From NCBI GenBank assembly GCA_964016885.1, contig OZ024758.1, positions 6,944,001 through 7,008,000 on the forward strand: a stretch of 64,000 nt of DNA. The letters run 5' to 3'. The notes under the pieces are model-generated. The model had not been told where the DNA came from. It searched no databases and worked only from the letters and a program-made list of their open reading frames with translations. Within the stretch, counting starts at the first letter, position 1. Each line of letters begins with the position of its first letter. Of the stretch, positions 56,701 to 63,225 are shown piece after piece. The DNA comes from Eledone cirrhosa. Its lineage: Eukaryota. The position numbers and the translations under genes were made by a program.

Positions 56701-59700
56701 ATGTGAGATAAAGTGTTTACCATGAAGTGTTTACATGGTTGCTACACATGAATGCTAGAAAGGATAAAAAACATAAAACCTCTTGACTGTGTTATAAACA
56801 AAATTCTCTACATCAACCTCCTGCCCATTAGCCATACCATCCATGTCAGGTGATGTTATGAGAGGCAACTTTATTTTGTCAACCCTGTAAGGATGACAGG
56901 CAAAGCTAACCTTAGTGGGATTTGAACTGAGAATGCAAAGAGCCAGGCACCAGCTGAATAAGGGAAAATGAGTTATATTACTAAATTCTTCTAAATTTCT
57001 GAAAGGTGTGTGGCTGATTGGTTAGAGAACTTGATTTGCAATTGTAAGGTTGTCGGTTTGATTCCTGGACCGGGCGACGTGTTATGTCCTTGAGCAAGAC
57101 ACTTTATTTCACGTTTCTGCTTCTACCTGGAGTTGTGACCGATAGATAGTATTAGCAATTGGAAAGACCAACGAAAACATTGTTTCCTCGGTCCGATTTG
57201 AAGAAAGTCGATCGACAAATTTTTCATTAGAAATCCTGCAACAAAGGGGTTAATAATATAAAAAATCATTTAATAATTTGATTGGCACATTTTTATGATT
57301 TTTCTTTTCATTTTACAGACCACATTGAAACTTCTCATGAAGCTCAGGAAAAACTGAAAAGGAGTCCAATTATGCTGAAAATAAATTCAAATATATTTGT
57401 CGAGTTGAGGAAAAAGAAAGATCCACTACAGAAAGAAAGTGTAAGTTCTGTTGTATTTGATAAGATTCCCTGTTAATTATGATATAAGAAAATGAAAGTA
57501 AAACTTATGGTCTTTAATTAATTAATTAACAATTTCTAAACCATGGGATCATCTCACAGATCTAAAATACTAAATACGAGGATTGGCTGAAAAGTTCATA
57601 GGTTGACTAAGATACTCTCATGGGATGACCTAATGAGGTTTATTTTTCAACATAGTCTCTAGAAAGAAACAATGCAGTTATTAGTAACAAGAGTTGAAAT
57701 TAATGCATGCAAGATTTCACAGCTCTAGCATCACTCTTTCATAGTCAGCCTATGAACTTTTCGGCCGACCCTTGTAAGCTTGATCTATATTTATTCCTAG
57801 ACCTTTTTTAGAAGTTTGTCTCTTGATATATTCCACTATTTAGTACAACTCTTAATGATGGGCTTATAACACACAGAAACAAACATTATTGGCAGTATCG
57901 GTAGAGGGTCGGACACCATGCTTTGCAGCACAGTGTTACGGCCCTTTATAATCTGAGTTCAAATTCTGCCGAGGTTAACTTTGCCTTTCATCCTTACAGG
58001 GTCGATAGAATAAAGTACCAGTTATACACTGGGATAATTGCTGGCCTTGTGTCAAAAGTAGAAACAATTATTACTTTTATTATGCAGTATCCTTAGGACA
58101 GTGGATTGGCAGTATCAGTGGAGCGTCGGACACCATGTTTCACAGCATAGAGTTACATCCCTTTACGTTCTAAGTTCAAATCCCGCAGAGGTTAGCTTTG
58201 CCATTCTTCCTTATGGGGTCAATAAAATAAAGCACCAGTAACGAACTGGGGTGGATTTAATTGAGCTTCACCTCTTCCCTAAATTGTTGGCCTTGTGCCT
58301 AAATCAGAAAACATTACAAGAGGGTGCTGAAAAGTTCCAGTTAAAAGAAAATATAGGAAGATCAGTTAATTATGATTTTATTTAACATATTCCCCTCTCA
58401 GATTCACACACTTATTAATAATAATAATAATAATAATAATGAAATATTGTGTACAGTGCTCAGGTGCACTACAACTCATCAAAAAGTGTATGTATAGTAC
58501 ATAGGGTAATGTATGGTTTTTGGTGAGTCTGTTGTCAGGAAGCCAGTGTGTGAGATGCTGTACTACTTATTCATCACATTTTGTCTGATAATGTCAACAA
58601 AGATCCTGAGTTCCTAATTACTGTGATAACTGGAGATGAGATAAGGGTGAGATACGGGTACAACCTGGAAACCAAAGCCCAGTCATCACAGTGGAATCGT
58701 CGAATTTCACACAGACCCTGAAAAAAAAACACATCAGGTGCAGAAGAAAATAAAGGTGACTTCAACTACTGAGGTGTTGTTTATCATACACACCATAAAG
58801 ACATTTACACAGGAGGAGTAACTGTGAGGAAGTCATCTGGCCTCTTTATCATGAAGTTTGTCACAACTTATCTAAGGTTTCTTAGCAAAGTATCTCACTC
58901 ATTCAGCAGGTTCCCTACTCTCCTGGCATTGTTCCTTCTGACCTCTAGTTCAAAGGTTGGCAACCCCCGGCCTGCCAACAGATTTTAATCTTAGGCTAGT
59001 AGTCCAAATACCGACTAGAGAACACGTCTAGCCACATAACTAACTTAGCTGAACGTAATTTTTTGCGTGACATTAACAAACAATCAAACTCAGACAGATA
59101 GAATCTCATTAAACAATTTACCATTTCTGTCTGTATTTTATTTGTAGTAAGGAATGTCATTAAAGTAATATCACATAAGATTCATTGTTCTTCTTTAAAT
59201 CCTGGGATTAGGGTATCCTACTGGACAGAGCAGTCTGAGGTCGAGTAAATTTATTATATTTTGATATCATGGCTCACCGATGAGACACTGTATAGCAATG
59301 TAGCTCACCGATGAGACACTGTATAGCAATGTAGCTCGCCAATGAGACACTGTGTAGCGATAAGGCCCGCACACCCCAAAAGGTTGCCAACCCCCATTCT
59401 AGTTGTTCCAATAAATGAAATTGAGAGCCAGAAGGACATAATACATAGCATAAAGCACATTAGATATGGAACTGGAAAATTTTGTAGATTTGATTATTTT
59501 GTTAGTCTCTCTCTTTATATATGCAATATATTATGTGATTTTTGTCTTTTCATTCTAGATGTCTCCAACAAACAGCTCTGACCATAATAATTCTCCAAAG
59601 GCAGTTTTTAAGGATCCTGATGTAAATGATTGCTTGCGCAATGGACTGCCACATGAAAATTTGACTTCCAAACCTATTCCACTGCCACAACATAAATCAG

Positions 59701-62700
59701 TTACAGACTATAGTAAGAGTGATGACACACTAACTACTTGTGAAGATGTTAGTAGTAAAGAGAATAAACCTCCATTACAGTTGCCAATAAACAGAGCATT
59801 GCCATCCATACCGGTATTTCACAACTTAAAGAATGTATCAAAACCAACAGAGGCTGACACAACTGAGGAGAAAGCTGCTGAGAAGGGTCATATTGAAAAG
59901 AGTGCTGTTGAAAAGAGTGCTGTTGAAAAGGGTCGTGTTGAGAAGGGTCGTGTTGAGAAGGGTCGTGTTGAAAAGGGTCATGTCGAAAATAGTGCTGTTG
60001 AGAAGGGTGGTGTTGAGAAGGGTCGTGTTGAAAAGGGTCATGTCGAAAAGAGTGCTGTTGAGAAGGGTGGTGTTGAAAAGGGTCATGTTGAGAAGGGTGG
60101 TGTTGAAAAGGGATCACAAGAAAACCTTACTTCAGTTGGAACTTCATTGAAAGAGGAAGTAACACCTATTAATACAAAGGCCACAGTTATTACTGAAACA
60201 AATAGAAAGAGCTCAATAGAAGAGTGTCAAAATGAGAAAACTTTGGACCAGAAAGCTGAGAATGAGGTTGAAAATGTGGATCCCAAATTACTCAGATGCC
60301 TGTCTACTCCAGAAGAAATAACAACTCCGAAACCAAAGCCAGCTCCTCGAACAAGTTAGTTCAATATGTTGTCAGTTTTCCTGATTTCACTTTGAGATGT
60401 AACTAGAATATACATAAAGACTAAACAATATATCTTCTTACATACATACATACATACATCTTATAATACTATATATATATCTATATATATATATATATAT
60501 ACGAGGAACGGAATTAAGAGTATTCCGCAGTTCACAGTAATAATAATAATATTAGCTCAAAGAAAAATAGAGAATTTTCTTCTGAGCTCAAATACAAATA
60601 TATTACACAAAGAGAAGTGTGTTACACAGTGAGATGTGTGTAAAGAATTATTACAAGTGAGTTTTACCGTTACTGTCTAGAAAACAATATCTACAGGTTA
60701 ATCAATTAAATAGAAAAAAAACTAAGTCAGAATCAAATCTCTGAAGTAGTTTTAAATTACCAACCTTATAACTATAAGTTTGCTGATACGAATCAAGTTC
60801 GTTTCCCCACAGAAATGTGCAGTTTAACAGCCACAGGTTCATCAGTCAGCAAATGTGGATTCTGTTTACGACACATCTAACCTCATGGATAATTCTTTAC
60901 ACACATCTCGCTGTGTAACACACTTCTCTTGGTGTAATATATTTGTATATATATATATATATAAATATGGTTGGTGTTAGGAAGGGCATCCAGCCGTAGA
61001 AAACCTGCCAGATAGTCCTATATGAGCACCCGACCAACCTTGCCTCAAATTGGGACAACTCCCGTCTAACCCATGCTAGCGTGGAAGATGGACGATGATG
61101 ATGTGTATATATATATACACACACAGTATGCCCCAAACCACTCTCCTCTACCCACATTCTCTACCCTCTCACTCTTCTCTCTCATTCTATCCCTCCCTCT
61201 CTCTCCCTCCCTCTCTCTCCCTCCCTCTCTCTCCCTCCCTCTCTCTCCCTCCCTCTCTCTCCCTCACTCTATCTCTCTCACTCTATCTCTCTCACTCTCC
61301 GCTCTCTCGCTCTATCTCTTTCTCTCCCTCTCTTTCTCGCTCTCTCCATACACTGTTTACAACTTTAAGGAATTAGGTTAAACTTTATTATATTTATAGG
61401 CTATAAATAAAATAACTGAGGAGTTAAAACTGAAATATTTCTGTTGTAAACTTTAAATACTTATTTTAGCCATTGTTCACATTGTTACATATTGTAACTC
61501 CTTTTTTTAAATATTTACCTATGTCAGGTTACAGTCCATTGAAACCAGGTATGAAACCTAAACCACCTCCACCTGTAGCACCAAAGCCATCAGTACCTTC
61601 ACGACCAAGCTTAAAAAGAACTTCGTTGCCTGCAGTTTCCAGAAATTCTACACCTACCATAAAAGAAGGTTTAACAAAAGAGAGTAGCCATGACATTGAT
61701 AGTGGTGTGGTTTATGATTCTGCTACATTAAGGAGGTCCGTGCAAGAGAAAGTGTCACGCCTGAGTAAACTTGGTCATGTAGAAAAACCTGTGATTGAAG
61801 AAGATAATGGAGATTGCAGTGATGATGAAGGTTCTTCCAGCAATAAAAAATGTTCTTCTCTCCCAAGAGACTCACAAATCCCTATAGAGTTTAAAGGTAT
61901 CTATCTATTGAATTTCATTCAAAGTTTAAAAAAAAAAGACTATATTTTCTTAAATACTAACTCTATATACTTAAATATAAGCCAATCTGAATATAAGCTG
62001 ACCCCCCCCCCCTCCTTCACACACACACACTCCTATTTTATGCCGGAGAAATGGGCAAAAGTCCAAACCCCATTTATCAACCAAAGCAGCTGATCAACAC
62101 ATTTAGATGGTATATATAAGCTGACACCCTCCATACCAATTTTATATCTATGAGGGTCACATATTCCTCGGCTTATATTCGAGTATATACTGTAAAGATT
62201 CATATTAATACAATTTGACAGAGTTGTTAGTGGTGTATATATATGTCCCAAGTCTCTGAGTTCAAATCCTACCAAAGTCCATTTTGCTTTATATTCTTTC
62301 AGGGTCGATTTAAAAAAAAAAAAAAAACATAGAAAAGAAAGTACCAGTCCATTGTTGGTACAGACAATCTTCTCTCTTTCCAGTTGTCACATCTTGGTTG
62401 TTCTGTTAGATCAAAGGAAAGATAGTGCCTGTGTCTCCACATGAGCCCTACATGAGCACCTAAAACCTTTATCATGGTATACACTACCAAGTCATGCTCA
62501 ATTGTGAGTAACGGCTGTAGTTTTATATAATTTGAGATAACTTTGATACTGAAATTGTAACAAAAAGCCATACTAGAGTGGAAAATGGATGTTAAACAGT
62601 GATGATGATGATGATTTAAAGATCTGCTAATGGTAAACTATGGTAGTATAATTCAAAGGTTGGCTGAAAGTTCATAAGCTGACCAAGATACTCTCATGGA

Positions 62701-63225
62701 ATGACCAAATGAGGTTTATTTTTCAACATAGTCTCTAGGAAGAAACAATGCAATTATTAATAAGAAGAGTTGAAATTAATACACGTAAGATTTCACAGCT
62801 CTAGCATCACTCCTTCATAGTGTGACCAAGGTACTCTCATGGAATGACCAAATGCGGTTAATTTTTCGACATAGTCCCTGCTGGAAAGAAACAATGCTGT
62901 TATTAATGAGATGAGTTGAAATTAATGCATGCAAGATTTCACAGCGCTAGCATCACTCCTTCATAGTCATCCTATGAACATTTTAGCCAACTCCCATATA
63001 TAGCTACCTGATCATGTCCTGTCATGGACTCTGATGATCCTTCCAACTCGTGCCAGTGTGGACAGCAGACATAAAACCATGGTGATGTCAGCCATTGTCT
63101 ACAATACAGCCAAATTATTCAATCTATTAAATATAAGTATGTAAGAGTGAAAAATGAAATTTCATTTTTTCCATTCAATATATTAGTTTTCCTGAAAAAT
63201 TACTGTTTTATTTTCAGTGGTTTAA
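1746..63225 (+). CDS. CARMIL1: CARMIL / LRRC16A-like F-actin-uncapping protein, multi-exon gene (35 coding exons in window, 5' end upstream of window)
   Basis: Manually spliced GT-AG exons with consistent phases total 4953 nt. Translation matches CARMIL family segments, e.g. [56 protein letters not shown] and [16 protein letters not shown]. Confidence 0.95.
1847..2113. mobile_element. Foldback MITE with about 105-bp inverted arms
   Basis: ggtagtaacgtgtgc...gggcgtaca pairs with tgtacgtc...gcacacattactacc. Confidence 0.75.
2858..3065. repeat. (ATGT)n/(GT)n/(AT)n compound microsatellite
   Basis: Direct inspection. Confidence 0.95.
3103..3162 (-). ncRNA. Minimal type I hammerhead ribozyme motif
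   Basis: Minus strand: GCU CUGACGA A UCCU..AGGA A GAAA C-auu-G UA / AGC, with distal UUUUAU/AUAAAA pairing. Confidence 0.5.
4704..4901. mobile_element. piggyBac-type MITE
   Basis: TTAA|CCCTTTAGC...AAAGGG|TTAA. Confidence 0.8.
4971..5174. mobile_element. piggyBac-type MITE, inverted relative to 4704-4901
   Basis: Reverse complement of the preceding copy; ends AAAGG|TTAA. Confidence 0.75.
5317..5633. mobile_element. Tc2/pogo-like MITE interrupted by a SINE fragment (related copies about 18832, 27762, 28455, 40793, 61956)
   Basis: TA|CCGTATATACTTGGAATATAAGCC ... GGCTTATATTCCAGTAGATACGG|TA. Confidence 0.7.
7984..8043 (+). CDS. CARMIL1: CARMIL exon, PH domain ([20 protein letters not shown])
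   Basis: ttcag|TTG...AAG|gtaag, 60 nt. Confidence 0.9.
9549..9676 (+). CDS. CARMIL1: CARMIL exon, PH domain ([10 protein letters not shown]...SVFPDVPLE)
   Basis: ttcag|CTT...GA|gtaag, 128 nt, phase 0-2. Confidence 0.9.
10321..10489 (+). CDS. CARMIL1: CARMIL exon, linker/N-cap ([14 protein letters not shown]...[15 protein letters not shown]...DDVAW)
   Basis: ttcag|A...TGG|gtatg, 169 nt; overlaps ORF 10313..10507. Confidence 0.95.
12136..12209 (+). CDS. CARMIL1: CARMIL exon ([25 protein letters not shown])
   Basis: tctag|GAT...AG|gtgag, 74 nt; highly conserved CARMIL motif. Confidence 0.95.
13650..14560. repeat. About 24-bp (GT)n-ATATATGTGTAG minisatellite
   Basis: Direct inspection. Confidence 0.95.
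14933..15125 (+). mobile_element. tRNA-derived SINE, most abundant family here (others about 11556-11762 -, 18448-18668 +, 21098-21315 -, 41820-42004 +, 44741-44933 +, 57888-58073 +)
   Basis: A box tggcagtatcggtaga, B box gagttcaaatcc, conserved ctttcatccttacggggtcgataaaataaagtaccag body. Confidence 0.8.
15239..15720 (+). repeat. 48-bp tandem repeat x10, derived from a SINE internal segment
   Basis: Unit taaagtggttgtgtaggtgccatggcaaaaagcacccagtccacactg runs into a SINE 3' end. Confidence 0.9.
16125..16200 (+). CDS. CARMIL1: CARMIL exon, LRR ([25 protein letters not shown])
   Basis: ttcag|A...CTA|gtgag, 76 nt. Confidence 0.95.
17150..17238 (+). CDS. CARMIL1: CARMIL exon, LRR ([30 protein letters not shown])
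   Basis: ttcag|ACA...TC|gtgag, 89 nt. Confidence 0.93.
17412..18042. repeat. 90-93-bp tandem repeat x7, from a SINE junction
   Basis: Unit begins ttgataaaataaagcaccaatctagggc. Confidence 0.9.
18695..18789 (+). CDS. CARMIL1: CARMIL exon, LRR ([13 protein letters not shown]...[12 protein letters not shown])
   Basis: tccag|A...G|gtaag, 95 nt. Confidence 0.95.
19614..19804 (+). CDS. CARMIL1: CARMIL exon, LRR ([10 protein letters not shown]...[14 protein letters not shown]...[12 protein letters not shown])
   Basis: tttag|GA...ACG|gtaag, 191 nt. Confidence 0.93.
20020..20580 (-). mobile_element. RTE-clade LINE relic (RT C-terminal region)
   Basis: Minus translation [32 protein letters not shown] and [23 protein letters not shown]; frameshifted. 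Confidence 0.8.
20618..20695 (+). CDS. CARMIL1: CARMIL exon, LRR ([26 protein letters not shown])
   Basis: tttag|AAT...GTG|gttag, 78 nt. Confidence 0.93.
21803..21990 (+). CDS. CARMIL1: CARMIL exon, LRR (LSGALVRGC...LNLSRNPFS...[14 protein letters not shown])
   Basis: tctag|CTA...AA|gtaag, 188 nt. Confidence 0.95.
22240..22402 (+). mobile_element. SINE family with (GAT)n tail (others about 6488-6638 +, 12855-13050 -, 43538-43790 -, 54175-54355 +, 60968-61102 +)
   Basis: ggttggtgttaggaagggcatccagc...aacccatgctagcgtggaagatggacgttaa(atg)n repeated across the window. Confidence 0.75.
23478..23872. repeat. 143-bp tandem duplication, about 2.8 copies
   Basis: accaaccactttaca recurs at 23495, 23638 and 23781. 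Confidence 0.85.
23940..24091 (+). CDS. CARMIL1: CARMIL exon, LRR (LLFLGIASN...LDLSGNEL...LTSLDISNN)
   Basis: ttcag|A...A|gtaag, 152 nt. Confidence 0.95.
24165..24370. repeat. 21-bp minisatellite in a short intron
   Basis: tacttagagatatgtgcgtac x6, then tgcatagagataagtgtgtac variants. Confidence 0.9.
24405..24504 (+). CDS. CARMIL1: CARMIL exon, LRR ([33 protein letters not shown])
   Basis: tttag|AA...AA|gtaag, 100 nt. Confidence 0.93.
24982..25036 (+). CDS. CARMIL1: CARMIL exon ([18 protein letters not shown])
   Basis: attag|A...TGT|gtaag, 55 nt. Confidence 0.93.
25664..25767 (+). CDS. CARMIL1: CARMIL exon, LRR ([35 protein letters not shown])
   Basis: cctag|TTT...AG|gtaag, 104 nt. Confidence 0.96.
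26834..26971 (+). CDS. CARMIL1: CARMIL exon, LRR ([30 protein letters not shown]...SLEQ)
   Basis: aacag|T...CA|gtatg, 138 nt. Confidence 0.96.
27015..27337. repeat. (CAC/CAT)n trinucleotide tract
   Basis: Direct inspection; tail of a minus-strand SINE. Confidence 0.95.
27480..27573 (+). CDS. CARMIL1: CARMIL exon, C-cap ([14 protein letters not shown]...[10 protein letters not shown])
   Basis: tgcag|G...AAG|gtgat, 94 nt. Confidence 0.94.
28086..28294. mobile_element. piggyBac-type MITE (others about 12615, 29905, 32483, 40088, 43335, 50922-51142)
   Basis: TTAA|CCCTTTAGCATTTA...TAAATGCTAAAGGG|TTAA. Confidence 0.88.
28729..28827 (+). CDS. CARMIL1: CARMIL exon ([33 protein letters not shown])
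   Basis: cacag|ATT...CAG|gtaag, 99 nt. Confidence 0.96.
29227..29358 (+). CDS. CARMIL1: CARMIL exon, helical dimerisation domain ([11 protein letters not shown]...DANNSQQ)
   Basis: tgtag|ATG...CAG|gtatt, 132 nt. Confidence 0.94.
30367..30483 (+). CDS. CARMIL1: CARMIL exon, HD domain (LLPQLQKIA...LASHIE)
   Basis: tttag|CTT...GAG|gtaaa, 117 nt. Confidence 0.92.
30608..31268. repeat. 28-bp minisatellite, about 23 copies
   Basis: catctgtgttaactggacatctgtctat. Confidence 0.95.
32017..32079 (+). CDS. CARMIL1: CARMIL exon, HD domain ([21 protein letters not shown])
   Basis: ttcag|AAT...GAA|gtaag, 63 nt. Confidence 0.9.
32872..32981 (+). CDS. CARMIL1: CARMIL exon, HD domain ([13 protein letters not shown]...DIFNKLS)
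   Basis: ttcag|GGA...AG|gttag, 110 nt. Confidence 0.9.
34597..34865. repeat. 30-bp minisatellite x9
   Basis: cataaaatacagctgtttactgtaggacaa. Confidence 0.95.
35006..35390 (-). mobile_element. RTE-clade LINE relic
   Basis: [33 protein letters not shown] resembles the RTE post-RT motif RIEAFEMWCYRRMLRI. Confidence 0.75.
35499..35586 (+). CDS. CARMIL1: CARMIL exon, HD domain ([29 protein letters not shown])
   Basis: cttag|T...TTG|gtcag, 88 nt. Confidence 0.93.
37164..37236 (-). ncRNA. Type I hammerhead ribozyme motif (weak base of stem II)
   Basis: Minus strand: UUUCAUU CUGAUGA ..CAGGCG..CGCCUG.. GAAA CC-uuu-GG UA / AAUGGAA. Confidence 0.6.
37965..38037. repeat. Perfect palindrome, 36-bp arms with 1-nt spacer
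   Basis: tcgctgctttcacccttaatgggatcttctgaaact-g-agtttcagaagatcccattaagggtgaaagcagcga. Confidence 0.95.
38175..38480 (-). mobile_element. RTE LINE 3' relic
   Basis: Minus translation includes [10 protein letters not shown] and [13 protein letters not shown]. Confidence 0.65.
39006..39173 (+). CDS. CARMIL1: CARMIL exon, disordered linker ([12 protein letters not shown]...LKCSSS)
   Basis: tacag|AGC...AGT|gtgag, 168 nt, open, phase 0-0. Confidence 0.8.
40566..40752. mobile_element. Palindromic (foldback) MITE
   Basis: agatgctataaagatatcttataaaatag...gaagttgccat / atggcaacttc...ctattttataagttatctttatagcatct. Confidence 0.7.
41394..41435 (+). CDS. CARMIL1: CARMIL small exon ([14 protein letters not shown])
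   Basis: Polypyrimidine tract + tgtag|TAT...GAC|gtaagt, 42 nt, symmetric phase 0-0. Confidence 0.65.
42998..43226 (+). mobile_element. Possible Penelope-like RT relic
   Basis: [28 protein letters not shown] and later HDILV resemble PLE RT motifs N.F.F...Q..G.AMGS..ANL.M and YVDDI. Confidence 0.4.
44367..44436 (+). CDS. CARMIL1: CARMIL exon ([23 protein letters not shown])
   Basis: ttcag|TAT...G|gtatg, 70 nt; resembles the conserved basic KS..SR.LRP.S segment of CARMILs. Confidence 0.9.
47579..47872 (+). CDS. CARMIL1: CARMIL exon ([15 protein letters not shown]...acidic [11 protein letters not shown]...RMTKSA); alternative donor at 47641
   Basis: atcag|AT...A|gtaag, 294 nt, phase 1-1; GC-richer open frame (ORF 47590..47904). 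Confidence 0.75.
50616..50657 (-). ncRNA. Degenerate minimal hammerhead (U3-A8 core variant, palindromic stem III, broken stem I)
   Basis: Minus strand: UUGAGAA GCCC-uuuc-GGGC GAAAC-GUAC-GUA. Confidence 0.4.
51590..52000. mobile_element. hAT-type MITE with an internal 31-bp x9 array
   Basis: Perfect 8-bp TSD acctaaag; TIR CAGGGATGTCAAAC / GTTTGACATACCTG. Confidence 0.88.
52261..52268 (+). other. Candidate 8-nt microexon ACATTCAA
   Basis: Branch-like ACTAAT (52211), long polypyrimidine tract, ttctag acceptor and GTAAGT donor. Confidence 0.5.
52859..52903 (+). CDS. CARMIL1: CARMIL small exon ([14 protein letters not shown])
   Basis: tacag|TT...A|gtaaa, 45 nt, phase 1-1; phase 0 reading hits TAA. 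Confidence 0.7.
54395..54776 (+). CDS. CARMIL1: CARMIL exon with CPI ([15 protein letters not shown]) and CSI (NEGLNKFFG) capping-protein-binding motifs
   Basis: tctag|GC...AG|gtaaa, 382 nt; ORF 54397..54780. Confidence 0.93.
54990..55720 (+). mobile_element. LINE ORF2 relic (RT-proximal, RTE-like)
   Basis: [31 protein letters not shown]...[16 protein letters not shown]; stops and frameshifts. Confidence 0.8.
56047..56112 (+). CDS. CARMIL1: CARMIL exon, basic/hydrophobic segment ([22 protein letters not shown])
   Basis: tgtag|T...AG|gtatg, 66 nt, phase 2-2. Confidence 0.85.
56465..56604 (+). CDS. CARMIL1: CARMIL exon ([15 protein letters not shown]...PSIVVPE)
   Basis: tccag|G...G|gtttg, 140 nt, phase 2-1. 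Confidence 0.83.
57319..57440 (+). CDS. CARMIL1: CARMIL exon (DHIETSHE...[17 protein letters not shown])
   Basis: tacag|AC...AGT|gtaag, 122 nt, phase 1-0. Confidence 0.85.
57577..57774. mobile_element. Mariner-type MITE (others about 39890-40075, 47346-47515, 52946-53147, 62654-62995)
   Basis: TA|CGAGGATTGGCTGAAAAGTTCATAGG ... CCTATGAACTTTTCGGCCGACCCTTG|TA. Confidence 0.85.
58317..58950 (+). mobile_element. Decayed mariner transposon (transposase pseudogene)
   Basis: TIR-like gagggtgctgaaaagttcc; [31 protein letters not shown] (from 58602) and [11 protein letters not shown] match mariner ITGDE and YSPDLAP.D motifs. Confidence 0.82.
58951..59396. mobile_element. hAT/Charlie-like MITE with a 31-bp x3 internal repeat
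   Basis: TIR caaaggttggcaacc / ggttgccaaccccca; TSD ctctagtt/ttctagtt. Confidence 0.7.
59559..60354 (+). CDS. CARMIL1: CARMIL large C-terminal exon with VEKGx pentapeptide repeat and PKPAPR motif
   Basis: tctag|ATG...A|gttag, 796 nt; ORF 59559..60359. Confidence 0.88.
59877..60116 (+). repeat. Coding 15-bp tandem repeat x16 (VEK[G/S]x)
   Basis: gttga(a/g)aagggt(c/g)(a/g)t units within the exon. Confidence 0.95.
60592..60948. repeat. 60-bp inverted repeat pair (60592-60651 / 60889-60948) enclosing the hammerhead
   Basis: atacaaatatattacacaaagagaag...taaagaattat versus its reverse complement, 2 mismatches. Confidence 0.9.
60779..60853 (-). ncRNA. Type I hammerhead ribozyme motif
   Basis: Minus strand: UUUGCUGA CUGAUGA A stemII(CCUGUGG/CUGUGGG with G.U) GAAA CGAA-cuuga-UUCG UA / UCAGCAAA; 8-bp stem I, 5-bp stem III, GUA cleavage triplet. 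Confidence 0.75.
61528..61896 (+). CDS. CARMIL1: CARMIL proline-rich exon ([12 protein letters not shown]...[11 protein letters not shown]...IPIEFK)
   Basis: gtcag|GT...G|gtatc, 369 nt, phase 1-1; within ORF 61473..62093. Confidence 0.85.
63218..63225 (+). CDS. CARMIL1: CARMIL terminal coding exon (..V-V-stop), followed by presumed 3' UTR
   Basis: ttttattttcag|TG GTT TAA; phase 1 fits the previous exon. Confidence 0.65.

Noticed and set aside
57004-57075. tRNA-like sequences here and at many SINE heads
   Set aside because: No complete cloverleaf; they continue into SINE bodies.
59749-60150. Overlapping alternative-frame and antisense ORFs
   Set aside because: By-product of the stop-free 15-bp coding repeat.
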